A stretch of DNA of 64,000 bases from Spironucleus salmonicida. Lineage: Eukaryota. The DNA is taken from the NCBI RefSeq assembly GCF_000497125.1, contig NC_090601.1, positions 744,001 through 808,000 of the forward strand, read 5' to 3'. The position numbers were made by a program, and so were the translations under genes. Position 1 is the first letter of the stretch. Each line of letters begins with the position of its first letter. A model generated the notes under the pieces. The model was not told where the DNA came from. It saw only the letters and a program-made list of their open reading frames with translations, and did no database searches. Of the stretch, positions 1 through 11,996 are shown in pieces.

Positions 1-148
1 TTAGTAGATTATTCCTGAATTCTATTTAAATTTCTCTATATTCGTTTTTGTCTTGTATATTCTGCTAAATATGATTTATTAAGATTGTTTAATTGGCAGT
101 AAACTTTATTAACATAAGACTAGTTCCCTCCCATTATAAATAGTTCAT
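1..148 (-). CDS. possible 5' part of a hypothetical protein running off the window edge
   Basis: ATG at 148 (minus), open to position 1 in code 6 (MNYLQWEGTSLMLIKF...). No recognisable motif. Confidence 0.2.
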
Positions 149-1259
149 ATTTTTAGACTAAATATATATTAGATTTTTAAAATCTTTTAATTCATATTTT
201 ATACTTTAGTATATTAAATTATAATCATTTTATTTATAGAGTATATTTTCTCATATCTTTTTATATTTACAAAATACATAATTAATATTTCATGTTCCAG
301 TTAATTAAACTATTATTCTAGATTATTAAGTAAAAACATCTCAAATTATTATTTAATAATTTATTGCAAAGTATCTTTGAACAATAAAAGATTTAGTTTT
401 TCGATAATAATAAATTTTATTACGGATAATATTATTTAATGTTACTACATACTGTTTAATTAGTATTAAAATTAGATTAAACTCTAAAATTTTTATACAG
501 TAATATAAATTTATTTTTAAACTATGAAATTAAATATCAGAATTAGTGGTATTGATAATTATCAAAAAATTATTTTCAATTATAATAACTTTTATTCACT
601 TATACAAAATTATTCCTTTTTATTACATCTAAACAAAATATTTTATGCAAATAATCTTAACTACATATTTACCTTATAAAATAACTATAAAATATTATTA
701 AGAGTATATCTAGAATAAATTTAGTTGCCATATATCAGTCAAGTTTGTTTGGTAACTATATTAGTAGTACTGTTAAAAATGCAGTCTTAGAAAAAACACT
801 CAATAATATATTATAATAAGATTTTAACTAAATATAATATAAAAGTCTCATCATATGTTGTCGATAAGTTTATATTATTAGTATATTACTTATAGCAAAA
901 GTGAAACTACAACGTTTATCTTTTACATTATAGAGTACTCAACTGAATTAATAGAGTTATTACTATATTATTCAAACCAATTACTACAAATACCTAAGTA
1001 ATTACTAATATTACCAACTAATTTTTAATTAAATAATATTGCTAACTCAAATTATATCACACTACTAAATCTAACATTTTTATATTTTAAAATTATTTAT
1101 TATTATATAATAATATATATTACGAAAGTTTCCTTTCGCCATCCACGTATACTTTAAACCGTGTAAATCAAATAAATTTCCACAATTTTGTATATGTTTC
1201 ATTTTGCAGTAATTTGAAGACTATTAACAATTGCTAATACACATTTTCACTTCTAGAAA

Positions 1260-1421
1260 ATGCTACCGGATATTGCTACCCTAACAGTTTGCTGCTTAAT
1301 CCTCGTCCTAGGCATCATCCTAGGAGTAATCGTATTCATCAACTACAGAAGAATATATAAGCGAAAAGAATCTTTTCCGCCACTTTCTACTCCCTATAAC
1401 AGCCACCTTTCCATTCAGTGA
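1260..1421 (+). CDS. small single-pass membrane protein (53 aa)
   Basis: AAAATG start; MLPDIATLTVCCLILVLGIILGVIVFINYRRIYKRK... is a hydrophobic helix followed by basic residues; stop in CAGTGA context. Confidence 0.55.
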   Translation: MLPDIATLTVCCLILVLGIILGVIVFINYRRIYKRKESFPPLSTPYNSHLSIQ

Positions 1422-1471
1422 TTTTATGAGTATTATACATTAATATTGTCTTTACCACTCCATATCAAAAA

Positions 1472-2815
1472 ATGTTCCTAATACTGGCCCTGATCCCGAT
1501 ACCACAGGAGGTCAGTTTTTCTTCACAACCTCCCCTTAGGCTGGAATCAGTCAAATTTCGTTGCCAGTACTACGATCTGTCCTCCTGTCAGTCAGATATG
1601 CAAGAAACACTGAATTTCTTCTAAAAACAATTCGACACTGACGCTACCTCAGAAAAGGTCCAAATCAACATAAATCTGACCCAGAAAAATGAATCCCCGG
1701 ACCCCACGACGCTGAACGAGTCCTACACGATCAGCACGCTCACAACATCGATCGAAATCGAAGCCTGCAATGTTTTCGGCCTCTCTCGGGCCCTTTTCAC
1801 AGTTTTCAAGTACACGGAAAACGGCTTTTTCAACGTCTCAAAAACGCACGATTTCTCGACTTCCAACATCAGATTCTTCCAGCTGAACGTCGCAGACAAC
1901 TTTCGGAATTTAAATTCTTTGAAAACTGATATAACGAAACTCGCATTTTTAAGTTTTAATATGATCCAACTGGTCGTGAGTTCCGACGTTTCGACGCCGC
2001 TAAAGAACGAGTTTTCGCCGCAAAATACGCTAATCAAAACGGCGTTCCCGGGCCGCTTTTACGCCCCGCGCGACTTCGCTGAAATATACGAATTTGCCCT
2101 CAAAATCGGCGTTTTCGTGAGCCTGGAATTCCAAAATCCGGGTTTTTGCAGTTTATTAGAAAAAGGAATGAAAATTCAAAATTCAATTCAAATCTTAAAT
2201 GAATCGTCCGTAAACTTGATCGTCGGAATTTTCTACGAGAATTTGATGAGCGTTTGGCCCGGTAAGAACATTGTGCATCTGAGCGGGAAAACTGTCAATT
2301 TGGACGAGTTTCGCGCCGACGCAGAAATCCAGAAATTCGTCGCCGAGCAGGACGTCTCCTACAGCGTTTTGTACGGCAAGTTCGTCCAGAACGTCACCAG
2401 GGCCGTCCGGCAGTCCTACAAGGACAAGCAGCAGCCGATGATCATCAAGTACGAGGAGCAGCTCGAGTTTGCCGAAGACGATGATATTCTGCAGTTTCAC
2501 GCCTCCCAGAACGTCTAAAAAGCGCTGGCGTTGGGCTTCAAGGTCCTGCTTCAAGTAAATCAGAATTTGGACAAAATGAAGATCGGCGGCGAGACGGTCC
2601 GTTTCCGTGGAGAGGAGTGGGCGCACATCCTGAAGAACTGCTTCGTGAACGACAACAAGTTGATATTGGGAGGTGGGTTTTCAGCTGCTAGCGTGGATGG
2701 GGAGCTGGACAACGCTATCGCGGCCAGTCAGTGCCTCTGGCAGAAAATTGAGCCTTCTGAGCAGTTTCAAGAGAGGGTTTAGCTGGTGAAAGCGAAAATG
2801 GCAAAACTGAGATGA
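1472..2815 (+). CDS. glycoside hydrolase family 20 (beta-N-acetylhexosaminidase)-like protein, probably catalytically degenerate (447 aa)
   Basis: One frame through TAA/TAG joins track ORFs 1919 and 2531. Hydrophobic N-terminus; NESYTI..IEIEACNVFGLSRAL (GH20 N-domain-like); FYAPRDFAEIYEFALKIGVFVSLEFQNPG; VHLSGKTV; KLILGG...AASQCLW, all in GH20 order. Confidence 0.7.
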
Positions 2816-2847
2816 ATTTGTATTATATTAATTTGGTATTGTGGAAA

Positions 2848-3279
2848 ATGACTTTCCTGACCAATTTTGAGTACAATGTGCAAGAAATCAGCGCTGAACC
2901 CGTGGAGGTCAACTAACGGGGGTAGGAGCATAAACTGTGTGATATAAAGAAGCTCAGGGATAAGCCACAGGTGCGAATTAAGGTTATAGGGCTAGATCCA
3001 ATTTTAAACAAAAAATCACCAAAGCCAATTTTTCGATCCAAGCAGGAGTACTAGGAGTATCCGTTTTAAAATTACAGGCAGTTTAGAAGCTAGTAACAGA
3101 AGAAATAGTGCGGGTACACGTCTTTTCACCATGATCAAAAATCAGAGTATTAGGAGCAGATAGAACTGCTCGCATTCAACTCTATCGAATCTGTTAAGGG
3201 ATCTATACGGGAGTGGATGAAGGTTACGAACTAAGAACTAGCATAACAAAGCTTGTTCGCCCGGTTTTTCTAAGAATGA
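2848..3279 (+). CDS. hypothetical protein (143 aa)
   Basis: AAAATG start, open in code 6 to TGA, fills the gap between neighbours; no motif. Confidence 0.55.
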
Positions 3280-3360
3280 ATATTTATAGCTAGTTTTTAT
3301 TTATAATATGAATTAATTAATAAATATGTACTTTATTAATTCTCCACTCCGAATTCAAAA

Positions 3361-5784
3361 ATGTCATATTTTATTCCATAAAAGTAAGGGCAACTTCAAT
3401 CATTAACACGTTCACTCAGACCTAAAACTCCTTAAATATCATATTTAAATACAATACCGTCACTAGTATATGTACAAAATAATAAACTGTTGACTCCGCC
3501 CATAGAAAATAAAGGCCTCTTTGAAACTTATAAGATCTTATCAAATATTTCTGCAGGGTCGTAGGGAGTAACCTATTTGGCCCAAACTAAAAACTTAACT
3601 AATGTTGTTATCAAGCGTGTTTTGACCCATATAAAAACATAAATCTAAGTAGCGTGTAATACATCATAAATTTTATCCCCAACAATCCCACTTGTAATAG
3701 ACGCATTTACAGAAGATAATGCATTGTTTATAATTACTGAAGCTGGAACTTTGGATTTTGAAGAGCTTCTATCTGTATATCACAAAATACCATAAGACTT
3801 ATTTTGGATTGTAGCTTAAGATATATCCCTCGCTATTTAAACATCTCATACTTAAAATATTGCACATTTAGATATAAAGCCGTCAAATATACTTATTAAA
3901 TCATTTAAAGATAAACCTTAGCTTTAATTTTCAAGTACATAACAAGATAGATAGGAAAATATTACACCTGAGGGTGTTAATTATAATTATCTTGCAATCT
4001 CATAGTTATCTTCAAAAAGATCGATAATATCACCTGAGCCAATTCCAAAATAATCTCCTTTAATTAATTTTGAGAATCCATTAGGACATCTTATTTCTAA
4101 TGTAATGTTATCTCCTGAACCTATTTAAAGAGTTAAATTTTAAGAATAATCAAAGCCTTTATAGTCATTTAATGATCCATTCTCTAAACTTTATTGCCAA
4201 AATTTTGAAGATATTATTAATTTCTGTATATTTTAGTTAATAGATTTTGGAATATCTTAAAGTTCACCTTTTAAACCAGACTCTGTATGTGGAGATTCTA
4301 GATATCTATAATAATAATTTTTAAGCACTGGCATACCATCATTTTAATGTGACTGCTTTAGTCTAGGCATAGTATTGTTTGAAATTATCAGCGGGTGTGA
4401 AGTACCAAGTTACGGATTAAATTATGAAAAACTTAGAGAATGTAATGGCATTCTTGAAGTTTTTGATTGGAAAGATACATCTTAATAGGTATTAGAATCT
4501 ATTAAAGATCTTTTATATTCTGATCTTACAATTACATAATGGATATTAAAGTATTAATAAAATTTTCAAGATAGAGATTATGCATATAATAAAGTAGAGT
4601 CTGGACGTAATTATATTCATAATATGATTTTTGTTGTCAAAAATATTAAAAAGAGTACCTTTCGTATGAAGAAATCCTAATTTACGATTAGATAATTTAT
4701 AATTCATGGTAGTTTGCTTAAACTATAGCATAAAAAGTAATCGTTAGGGTTCAAAGTAAATTTTGTTAGGCGAAACTCTTACGTAAAATCACCATTAGGA
4801 ACATCAGCTTTTCTTTAAGATAAATAAGAGACAGATGAAAGTTCAAATTTTTTTCAGTCCACTTCTCCATCAATGGTGAAACAAAATTAATGGTCAACTA
4901 GTGAAATAACACTCTAATAATAATGTGAAAACGGATACAATATTAACAAATCTACAACTAATTTTGAAGAAAATACTGGAAATTTCAATTTGACTAATAT
5001 TTCTTCCTCTTCCTCATCTTCATATTCTCTTACAACAGATATTTCTAATAATTCCTCGTTTTCTATTCAATACACTTCTAAAAAATCATAAACTGTTTAA
5101 ACTTTATTATCTGCTCTTGAAACGATTACTGGAATAGCTTCAATGGTATATTATCAACCTTTAAATTTCTATCATCCAACTCCAACAACTAATAAATCCT
5201 AATTTTCTAACTAGTGTTCTTTTGCTTTACCACTGTCAAATAAAGGAAACTATTCTCCAACTAGCACCCCTATTGTTGAAGATTCTATGTTAAATCATTA
5301 AGTTAAAGGTATTTTACGACCAAAAAGTGGCGATTACAAAATTTTAAATCAAGAAGAGCTTATGTAAAATGGATTTAGAAGTATTACTGATGCATTTGTA
5401 GATTGTTTCGAATAGAAACCATAGAATGTTAAGTTATGTACATTTTTAAGTAAAAACAGAGGAATGTTATTTATCTTAATTAATCTGTTAAGTTTCTTTA
5501 TTAAGGATCAAATTTCCAGTTTGATTCTTAATGCACTCTTTGTTCTTATAATATAACGTATTAATAAGTACAATATTAGTTTACTTTAAGAAAGATAATA
5601 TCATTATATTAAAAATAGTAACGTGTATTATGATCCTATAAAATTGCGAAGTGGCATTTTTGGTTTTCTGTTGCCTGCTATTTTTATTTTCATAAATTTT
5701 CATTTAAGGAGTTGCAAAGGGGTATATCTAATATCTGTAGTTGCAGAATTTCTATTTTTAAACCTGGCTGGAGGGTTCTAGTGA
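3361..5784 (+). CDS. Wee1/Myt1-like protein kinase with C-terminal hydrophobic segments (807 aa)
   Basis: Read codon by codon in code 6: SAGSQG loop, VVIKR, HLDIKPSNIL (3865), LIDFG (4243), GDSRYL, DCFSLGIVLFE, EVPSYGLNYEKLR. GDxRY and P-x-x-G-x-x-(W/Y)-x-x-LR are WEE-family features. Missed entirely by the ORF track. Confidence 0.85.
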
Positions 5785-6201
5785 GTATTTAGTTAATCTT
5801 ATGATTTTATAATATCCTTATGAGTTACAAATGCTTAAAAATACTTTATAAGTCGCAATTTCTTATTTATATTTTTTTTCATAACTAATAAGTATAATTC
5901 TAACATATTTCTCTTATTATATATTAAATATATTTCATTTTGTGAAATATTCTTTAAAAATTATCAATGAAAATTAATTAAAATTCAAAAATACTGTTGA
6001 TTATCTGTTAAATTCATGATCTAATTATATTTATATAATAAAATTTTATATTAACAACCTTTTTTGTAGAACTAAATGAATAGTTAAAAAATCAAATAAT
6101 TAACTTTAGTTCTGCACTAATTAAAAATTAATAATTATTATATACTTTATTTCATGATACTATCCCTTTCCGCGAAGCGAAATTCCGTTTCACTAGAATA
6201 T

Positions 6202-6642
6202 ATGGCTAGAGTTAAAAATACTATATCACGCTCAGGCGCTCGCAAAGGCATCAAGGCACCTCGTAAGACAATAGTTGCCAAAAAGGTAATTGCCCGCAAG
6301 TCAGTCTCTGACAAGACCGTGAAAGCTCACCGTCGCTCCAGATAGGGCGTAGTTGCCGATCGTGAAATTAGGCGGATGCAAAAAGATACCAATTGTGTCA
6401 TCCCTCGTAATCCTTTTGCAAGACTTGTCCGTGCTGTTGCTCAGGATTATGGTAGTGCTGAAATCCGTTTCTAGGGCCAGGCTCTTCAGGCTCTCTAGGA
6501 GGCTGCCGAAGCAGTTTTAATCAGGACATTGTCCGATTCTCAGCTGCTTGCCCAACATGCTCATAGAGTAACCATAATGGAAAAGGACGTTCAGTTATAC
6601 ATTACAATTACAAGGCCAGCATGGGCTCTTTCCATGAAGTGA
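6202..6642 (+). CDS. histone H3 variant (H3B-like or CenH3-like), 146 aa
   Basis: MARVKNT..KAPRK..ARKS..REIRRMQK..PFARLVR..IRFQGQALQALQEAAE..HAHRVTIMEKDVQL. TAG codons fall on conserved Gln positions (RFQ, LQE). Confidence 0.92.
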
Positions 6643-7417
6643 CTTGACTTTTAAAACACTATCATTATTTAGTAGAAGTTGATGACTAATAATTTTTAGT
6701 TTAATATATAGAGAATAGATATAGAAAGTGGGTTTTATTCATTTTTTGATAAAAAGTTCTAAGCCTAAATCCATGTAATTTAATTTAATTGCAGATACTC
6801 AAATAATGCAATTATAGTATCAAACTAAATATTTACTATTGATACTTTTCACGGTATCTAAGCTATTATATAATAGTTATATAAGATTTTCATGTTGGTT
6901 TGCTTAAAATTATTTATTTTAATTTTTGTATATAAATATTGCAAGTTAAATTATTTAAATTAATAGTATTTACACAAGTCTGGAATTAAATAAATGATAT
7001 ATAATATATTAAAGAAAGTGTTCCTGGTTTTAAGAAATACTAATGACGAATGTATCACGGTAAATTATAAATTAAAATGAATTTTATATAAGATAATGAT
7101 AATCATAACTAGATTATAATTAAATCTATAGTCGAAACAAAGTAAAAATTAGAGTATTTCGTAGCACTTGAAGTAAAATAATCGACATAATATATAATGC
7201 ATAATATTTTCTCATATAAATTGTTAAAATATGTTAAATTAAGTAAATTAATGCGATATATTTATTAGAAATTGAAACCGTTCACTTATAAAACGATTAG
7301 TAATGATGGTAATAGTATAAATATTTATTAGATTGCATAAAAATTGCAGGAATCTGTAAAAATAATATAAAAACTGTAGACAATCCACTATTCTTTAATA
7401 ATTTTAACATTCGTAAA

Positions 7418-8692
7418 ATGATTTTAGTATTACTGAAGTAATGCTATGTAACTACTTTCGCTTCACTTTAACCTAGTATTAACAAATATGATGGTTATAT
7501 GCAGGTAATGCTTACTTCAGAAGGATTATCGAAGTATTCTTAAAAAAATATCGCAATAGCAATTTCTGAAATTTAGGGAACACTTTAACTTCCAAATATA
7601 AGTTTAAAGTTCTCTGTATTTATAATTGATCTTACTAATGGTTAATTTTCTGATCTAAGTATAGGAAATTTAATTATGAATACACATGAGACCTCTGTTT
7701 TAATATCTATGAACAATATTACCATGGTAATCAAATTTTAATTATAAATCACATAATAAACATTTCCATATATAACTGATAGTGGAAGCTTAACTATTTC
7801 AGTATAAGATTTCTAAATATTTACAAATGGAAGAGTTACATATCCTGATGATGAATGTAAAAATAAATATATTATTGTTACTTAATAGACAAAAATTTAA
7901 CTAAATACATTTGAATTAAAATTTATTGCGGGTCTTTAAATAATATATAATGCTTTAGCTGGTATTATATCTGAGGAAATTAAAAATTAATTGAATGGCG
8001 AGATGGGATAGTAAATAGTTAAAACATTATGCGACCAGTTGCTTAAATTATTAACTTAATAATCAGAAGTATCTAAATTCAATTATGACTATAATATTGG
8101 TACATATTAGCGATATTTTGATGGTATTACCATAAAAGATAATATGCTATCTGTATGGTCTTAGGGGTATAAATGCGATCACAGCAATACTGATTCTACC
8201 TGCTTCGGATATAGTTAGACTAATATCTCTCGACCTAAAACTTTTTACACAAATCATGATGTTCAATACCAAATAGAGAAGTATGCGTTTAATTCAGGAT
8301 TTTGGCTTTATTTGTACCAGGAACGTATTTTTAATGGAATCAAGATAGAAAATATAACCCTTAAAAGATTTTTCAATATGGGGGCTCAAGTTATTGTTTA
8401 GCTTGATGTCAATGGGACAAAAGACACTCTTGAATTTCTAGAACCTGTAGTATTTACTCGCTCTGCAATACCAGGCCTAGTAGATATTGGGAGATTTGCA
8501 ATTCGACTAACTAACCTAATTAGCAATACAATATTATCTTAAAACTAATTAGCAAGTCTATCATAATACTTTGACAACAGATTTTCCCTATACGACATTT
8601 CATACACTAATGCTTTAGCAGTATCGGAAACGCAGGTAGAGTATATTTATCTTGATGAAAACTGGATTCACATTGGTAGCAACATAGAATGA
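7418..8692 (+). CDS. BPI/LBP/CETP (TULIP) superfamily-like lipid-binding protein (424 aa)
   Basis: Long code-6 ORF; N-terminal GYMQVMLTSEGLSKYSQ...LQLPNI resembles the BPI start; alternating beta-strand pattern; length typical of two BPI domains. Recognition by eye only. Confidence 0.6.
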
Positions 8693-8781
8693 TAACTATT
8701 CATTTAAATTTATTTTTCAACTTTTACTTTTTCAGATTATTTATAATAATATTCAAGGATTTAATATTATATTTCTAGAAA

Positions 8782-9438
8782 ATGAATTATCGAAAATTTG
8801 AAAATTCACTTTATTAAACATATCTAAACAATCTGAACACCTTGGACTTAAATCGTAAATCTCCTCATATTACAGCATATTTAAATACACTTAAAGCGCA
8901 TAATAAAGCACTGAAACTGTCAGTGTTTTATAACGAAAACTGTAGGAACTATAATGCAAAATCTCGTCCGAAGTCTTAAGGCGCCTATACGACAAATTTA
9001 AACTTATCACTTCATATTTATTAAAATATTCCATAACCAAAGAAAGATAATCTAAGCCTAACAAAAATGGCGCGGACACGGTCTTCCTGTTATAATTAAG
9101 CCAATTTAACCGTGAACGGGACATAATTTAGACCTACTTAGAAAGAATCTACTACAAAATAGAAGATATCATTGAACTTATTAGTGCATACCCAAAAATT
9201 CAATTAAGATAACAATATCCAAAGCAGGGTCATGATCCCAAAAATAGTATAACCAATATAAATAATGGAAGAACCTGTACTTAATCTTCCACTGAAACGC
9301 AAAACAAACCATATCCCCAGAAGTCTCTGGCAGCAGACGCGGATGGAGCGGCTCTCATAGGTAGGTTTCCAGCATACTAACGCCGACGAAGGACTACCTC
9401 AAGCTGTGCAGACCAGTTCGGGGATCTTCAATGAGTGA
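8782..9438 (+). CDS. hypothetical basic protein (218 aa)
   Basis: AAAATG start, open in code 6, stop in GAGTGA context; 3' end overlaps the convergent gene at 9355-9627. Confidence 0.55.
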
Positions 9439-9627
9439 GTTGTCTGGTTCTTCGAACACAGTACTGGTGATGGAGTAGGTGATCAGCTTAGAGTATTCAC
9501 ATATATCGCACAGGTGTTCTTGTGTTTTGGTAGGGAAAATTTCAGCTATATTCTAATCGATTCCTAGGATGTTGCGCTCAATCTCGTCTTTGATACTTGT
9601 TTCCATATTGCTAATGCAGTTACCCAT
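9355..9627 (-). CDS. small N-myristoylation/palmitoylation-motif protein, family member 1 (90 aa)
   Basis: AAAATG; MGNCISNME...EDPRTGLHSLRQSFVGVSMLETYL*; C-terminus nearly identical to the protein at 39714-40001. Confidence 0.8.
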
Positions 9628-10461
9628 TTTGCAAAGTTTCTCGGCTGAAGGATTACTATTAATAGGAGTAAATTTAACTGAAGAAACAAGACAAAACCAA
9701 AGTTTCTTTAATTATACAAAAAGAGAAGACTACACAAAAGTATTAACAAATTCAATTAAGTCGGAATGAGATAGAATAATCTACTAAATAATTTTTATAT
9801 TCCTGAGGATAACTAAAACTGAATTATTTAAGTTAAATCTCCAAAATTTACATATTTGACGTAATAACCTAAATCATAACTGGTATTCTGAATCAGAGGC
9901 TCTCTGTTAGGTACTGCCGGTGTATAGGTTGACCAAGAAGTCCAATCTAAGCTTGCTGCTCTAAAACATCCCATATCTCATTCTATTATATTTATGCTCG
10001 TATATGTCCGTATACTACTCGTCCCAGCTTTCTTAGGTCGTCGCATAAGTCTAAGAAACTTCAACGCCATTCTGATGTTGCATTGAATCTATATGGGAGT
10101 ATACTGAATATTCTTGCTGTAAATTTAACTTAAAGCCGTATAGTTCGCGTATGAATTACTAAAATTAGTCAGATAGTTATTTTTTGAGGCGCTCAAGACA
10201 GTTTCGCATTTTGAATATTTATTTATTATATATGATTATAATTATATCTTAGTTCAATTTTAAAACGTGTAAAATATCATCAAGAATTTATAAATATAAT
10301 TACTATAAATATTTTGTAATAGTGATGTGTCTTCAGAAAAACTATAAACTAAAAAGTTTCTTGAACAGAAATTTACATGTATTAATTAATATTTAAAAGA
10401 AAGATAAATGGGCCGAAGACCTGGTATTACCTGTAAATGATATTACCCACTTCGCAAAATA

Positions 10462-11772
10462 ATGGACACATTTATTCAAAATAAGTCCAAGTCCAAGCCT
10501 ATTAGACTCATGGTCGGCTGCCTTGCGGTAATACTCGATGTTATCATCTGTATGATTTTAGGCGTTGCCATGATATTCTTTTATTTCCTCCTACTGGGAC
10601 TTAGTAAGAGGAACATGCTTCTTTACGCGCCTTCCATTGCAACTGAAGTCGCAGTCCACCAAGTTTTCTTTTACCCCTGCGTTACAGGATATCCCAAAAT
10701 CAAAGAATGGTGCTCCAGGCATTCGCACCTTATCGTCTTCTCTACCTATTTCTCGATCCTCGTCGTTACCGCTACCGTATCAATTTTCGTCCAATCGTTC
10801 ATTTTCGACTGCGTTTTCTACACGCGAGTCGATGCAGCAGGGCAAGTACTATTCACCCTTCTACCATACGGCGCGTTCATCGGCACGCACCAGGTCATCA
10901 CCTTCGTCGTCATAACCTCCCATACGGTCCTCGCCAACTTCCACTTTTTGAAGGAAATGGACCCCTTCGCTGCCGGAGTTTGCGCAGAAATCTGGACCTG
11001 GGGCATTTGGGGAGTGTGGATTGGCAGGGCGCTGTCCCCCGTCTCAAACCTTGCCCAGATCGCTGGGTACATGCAGTGGATCCCAATCGTGAACCTCATG
11101 GGGCACGGGATCTTCCGGAACGCCGATTTCAGCGGCTTCCGCAGCGACATGTCGAAGTTCGGGATCCTTTTCGTTGGAATCCAGGTCCCTGTCGCACTTT
11201 GCACGCTAATCGGCTGGCTTTTCCACCGCTACGTCATTTTCCGCAGCCTGCCGAACGTGGGAGCGAACCCGCAGCTCGTGGGGCACTCGGTATGGGGCAT
11301 GGCAGCGCTATCGTGGCTTCCGTTCCAAATCACCGGAAACAGGCTCGCGCCGATCTTCTACGACGAATTCTGCCTCACACCACTGCGCAAAAACCGCTGG
11401 CTGCGCATGTTTGTGTGGATGCTGATTTTTATCGTTTTGGCAACGCCGCTTTTGATAGCATTTTACGTCTACTTTTAGTAGATTTTGTACAATATTCTGA
11501 TCGTAAATGTGCTCAAATGCACTGATTATCAGGGCGGGGCGCTTACAACCGATTTGTCTGACTGGCCGACAAGGCCGGCATATTTCTTAGGGTTCGGTGT
11601 AGGAATTGCGTATGCTGTGTGGTTTGACACGCTGCATATATCGAGAGACTCTAAAAACCATGAGCAGCATAATATAGACAATTCGTCAGTGTCAGGGCGC
11701 GATTTAGAGCAGGGAGGGTTAGAGTGTACGCAAAGTCAGATGTCATTCCATAAGCAACATATGTAATAATGA
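10462..11772 (+). CDS. multi-pass membrane protein of unknown function (436 aa)
   Basis: Track ORFs 10462 and 11485 are one frame joined through TAG TAG; many hydrophobic helices; C-rich motif (TTACCCACTTCGC) upstream. Confidence 0.8.
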
Positions 11773-11928
11773 GTGAGAGCTTGCGGAATGACTAGGTTTA
11801 CATTTTAAAAACTAATATTAAAAACATAATATATAAAATTCAATAAATCTTTTCAAAAACTTGGTTTCTAAGATCATTATAGTTTAACTATATCTGCAAT
11901 GAGTAAATTATTTACATTTTCAGTAAAG

Positions 11929-11930
<2 letters not shown>

Positions 11931-11973
<43 letters not shown>
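11931..11973. repeat. (AT)n microsatellite, about 21 units
   Basis: Direct reading. Confidence 0.95.
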
Positions 11974-11976
<3 letters not shown>

Positions 11977-11996
11977 CAGCCTACTACACCAAAAAC

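Noticed and set aside
6154-6201. Upstream in-frame ATG extending the histone
   Set aside because: MARVK at 6202 matches the H3 N-terminus; the extension has no support.
3361-8692. Apparent pseudogenes full of TAA/TAG stops
   Set aside because: These codons are Gln in this code; the frames are intact to TGA.
9630-10083. Short minus-strand ORFs (MQHQNG..., MGCFRA...)
   Set aside because: No motif or paralog; long open frames arise easily with a single stop codon.
10408-10440. 10-codon upstream ORF before the membrane protein
   Set aside because: Diplomonad 5' UTRs are typically very short, so it probably lies outside the mRNA; may be chance.
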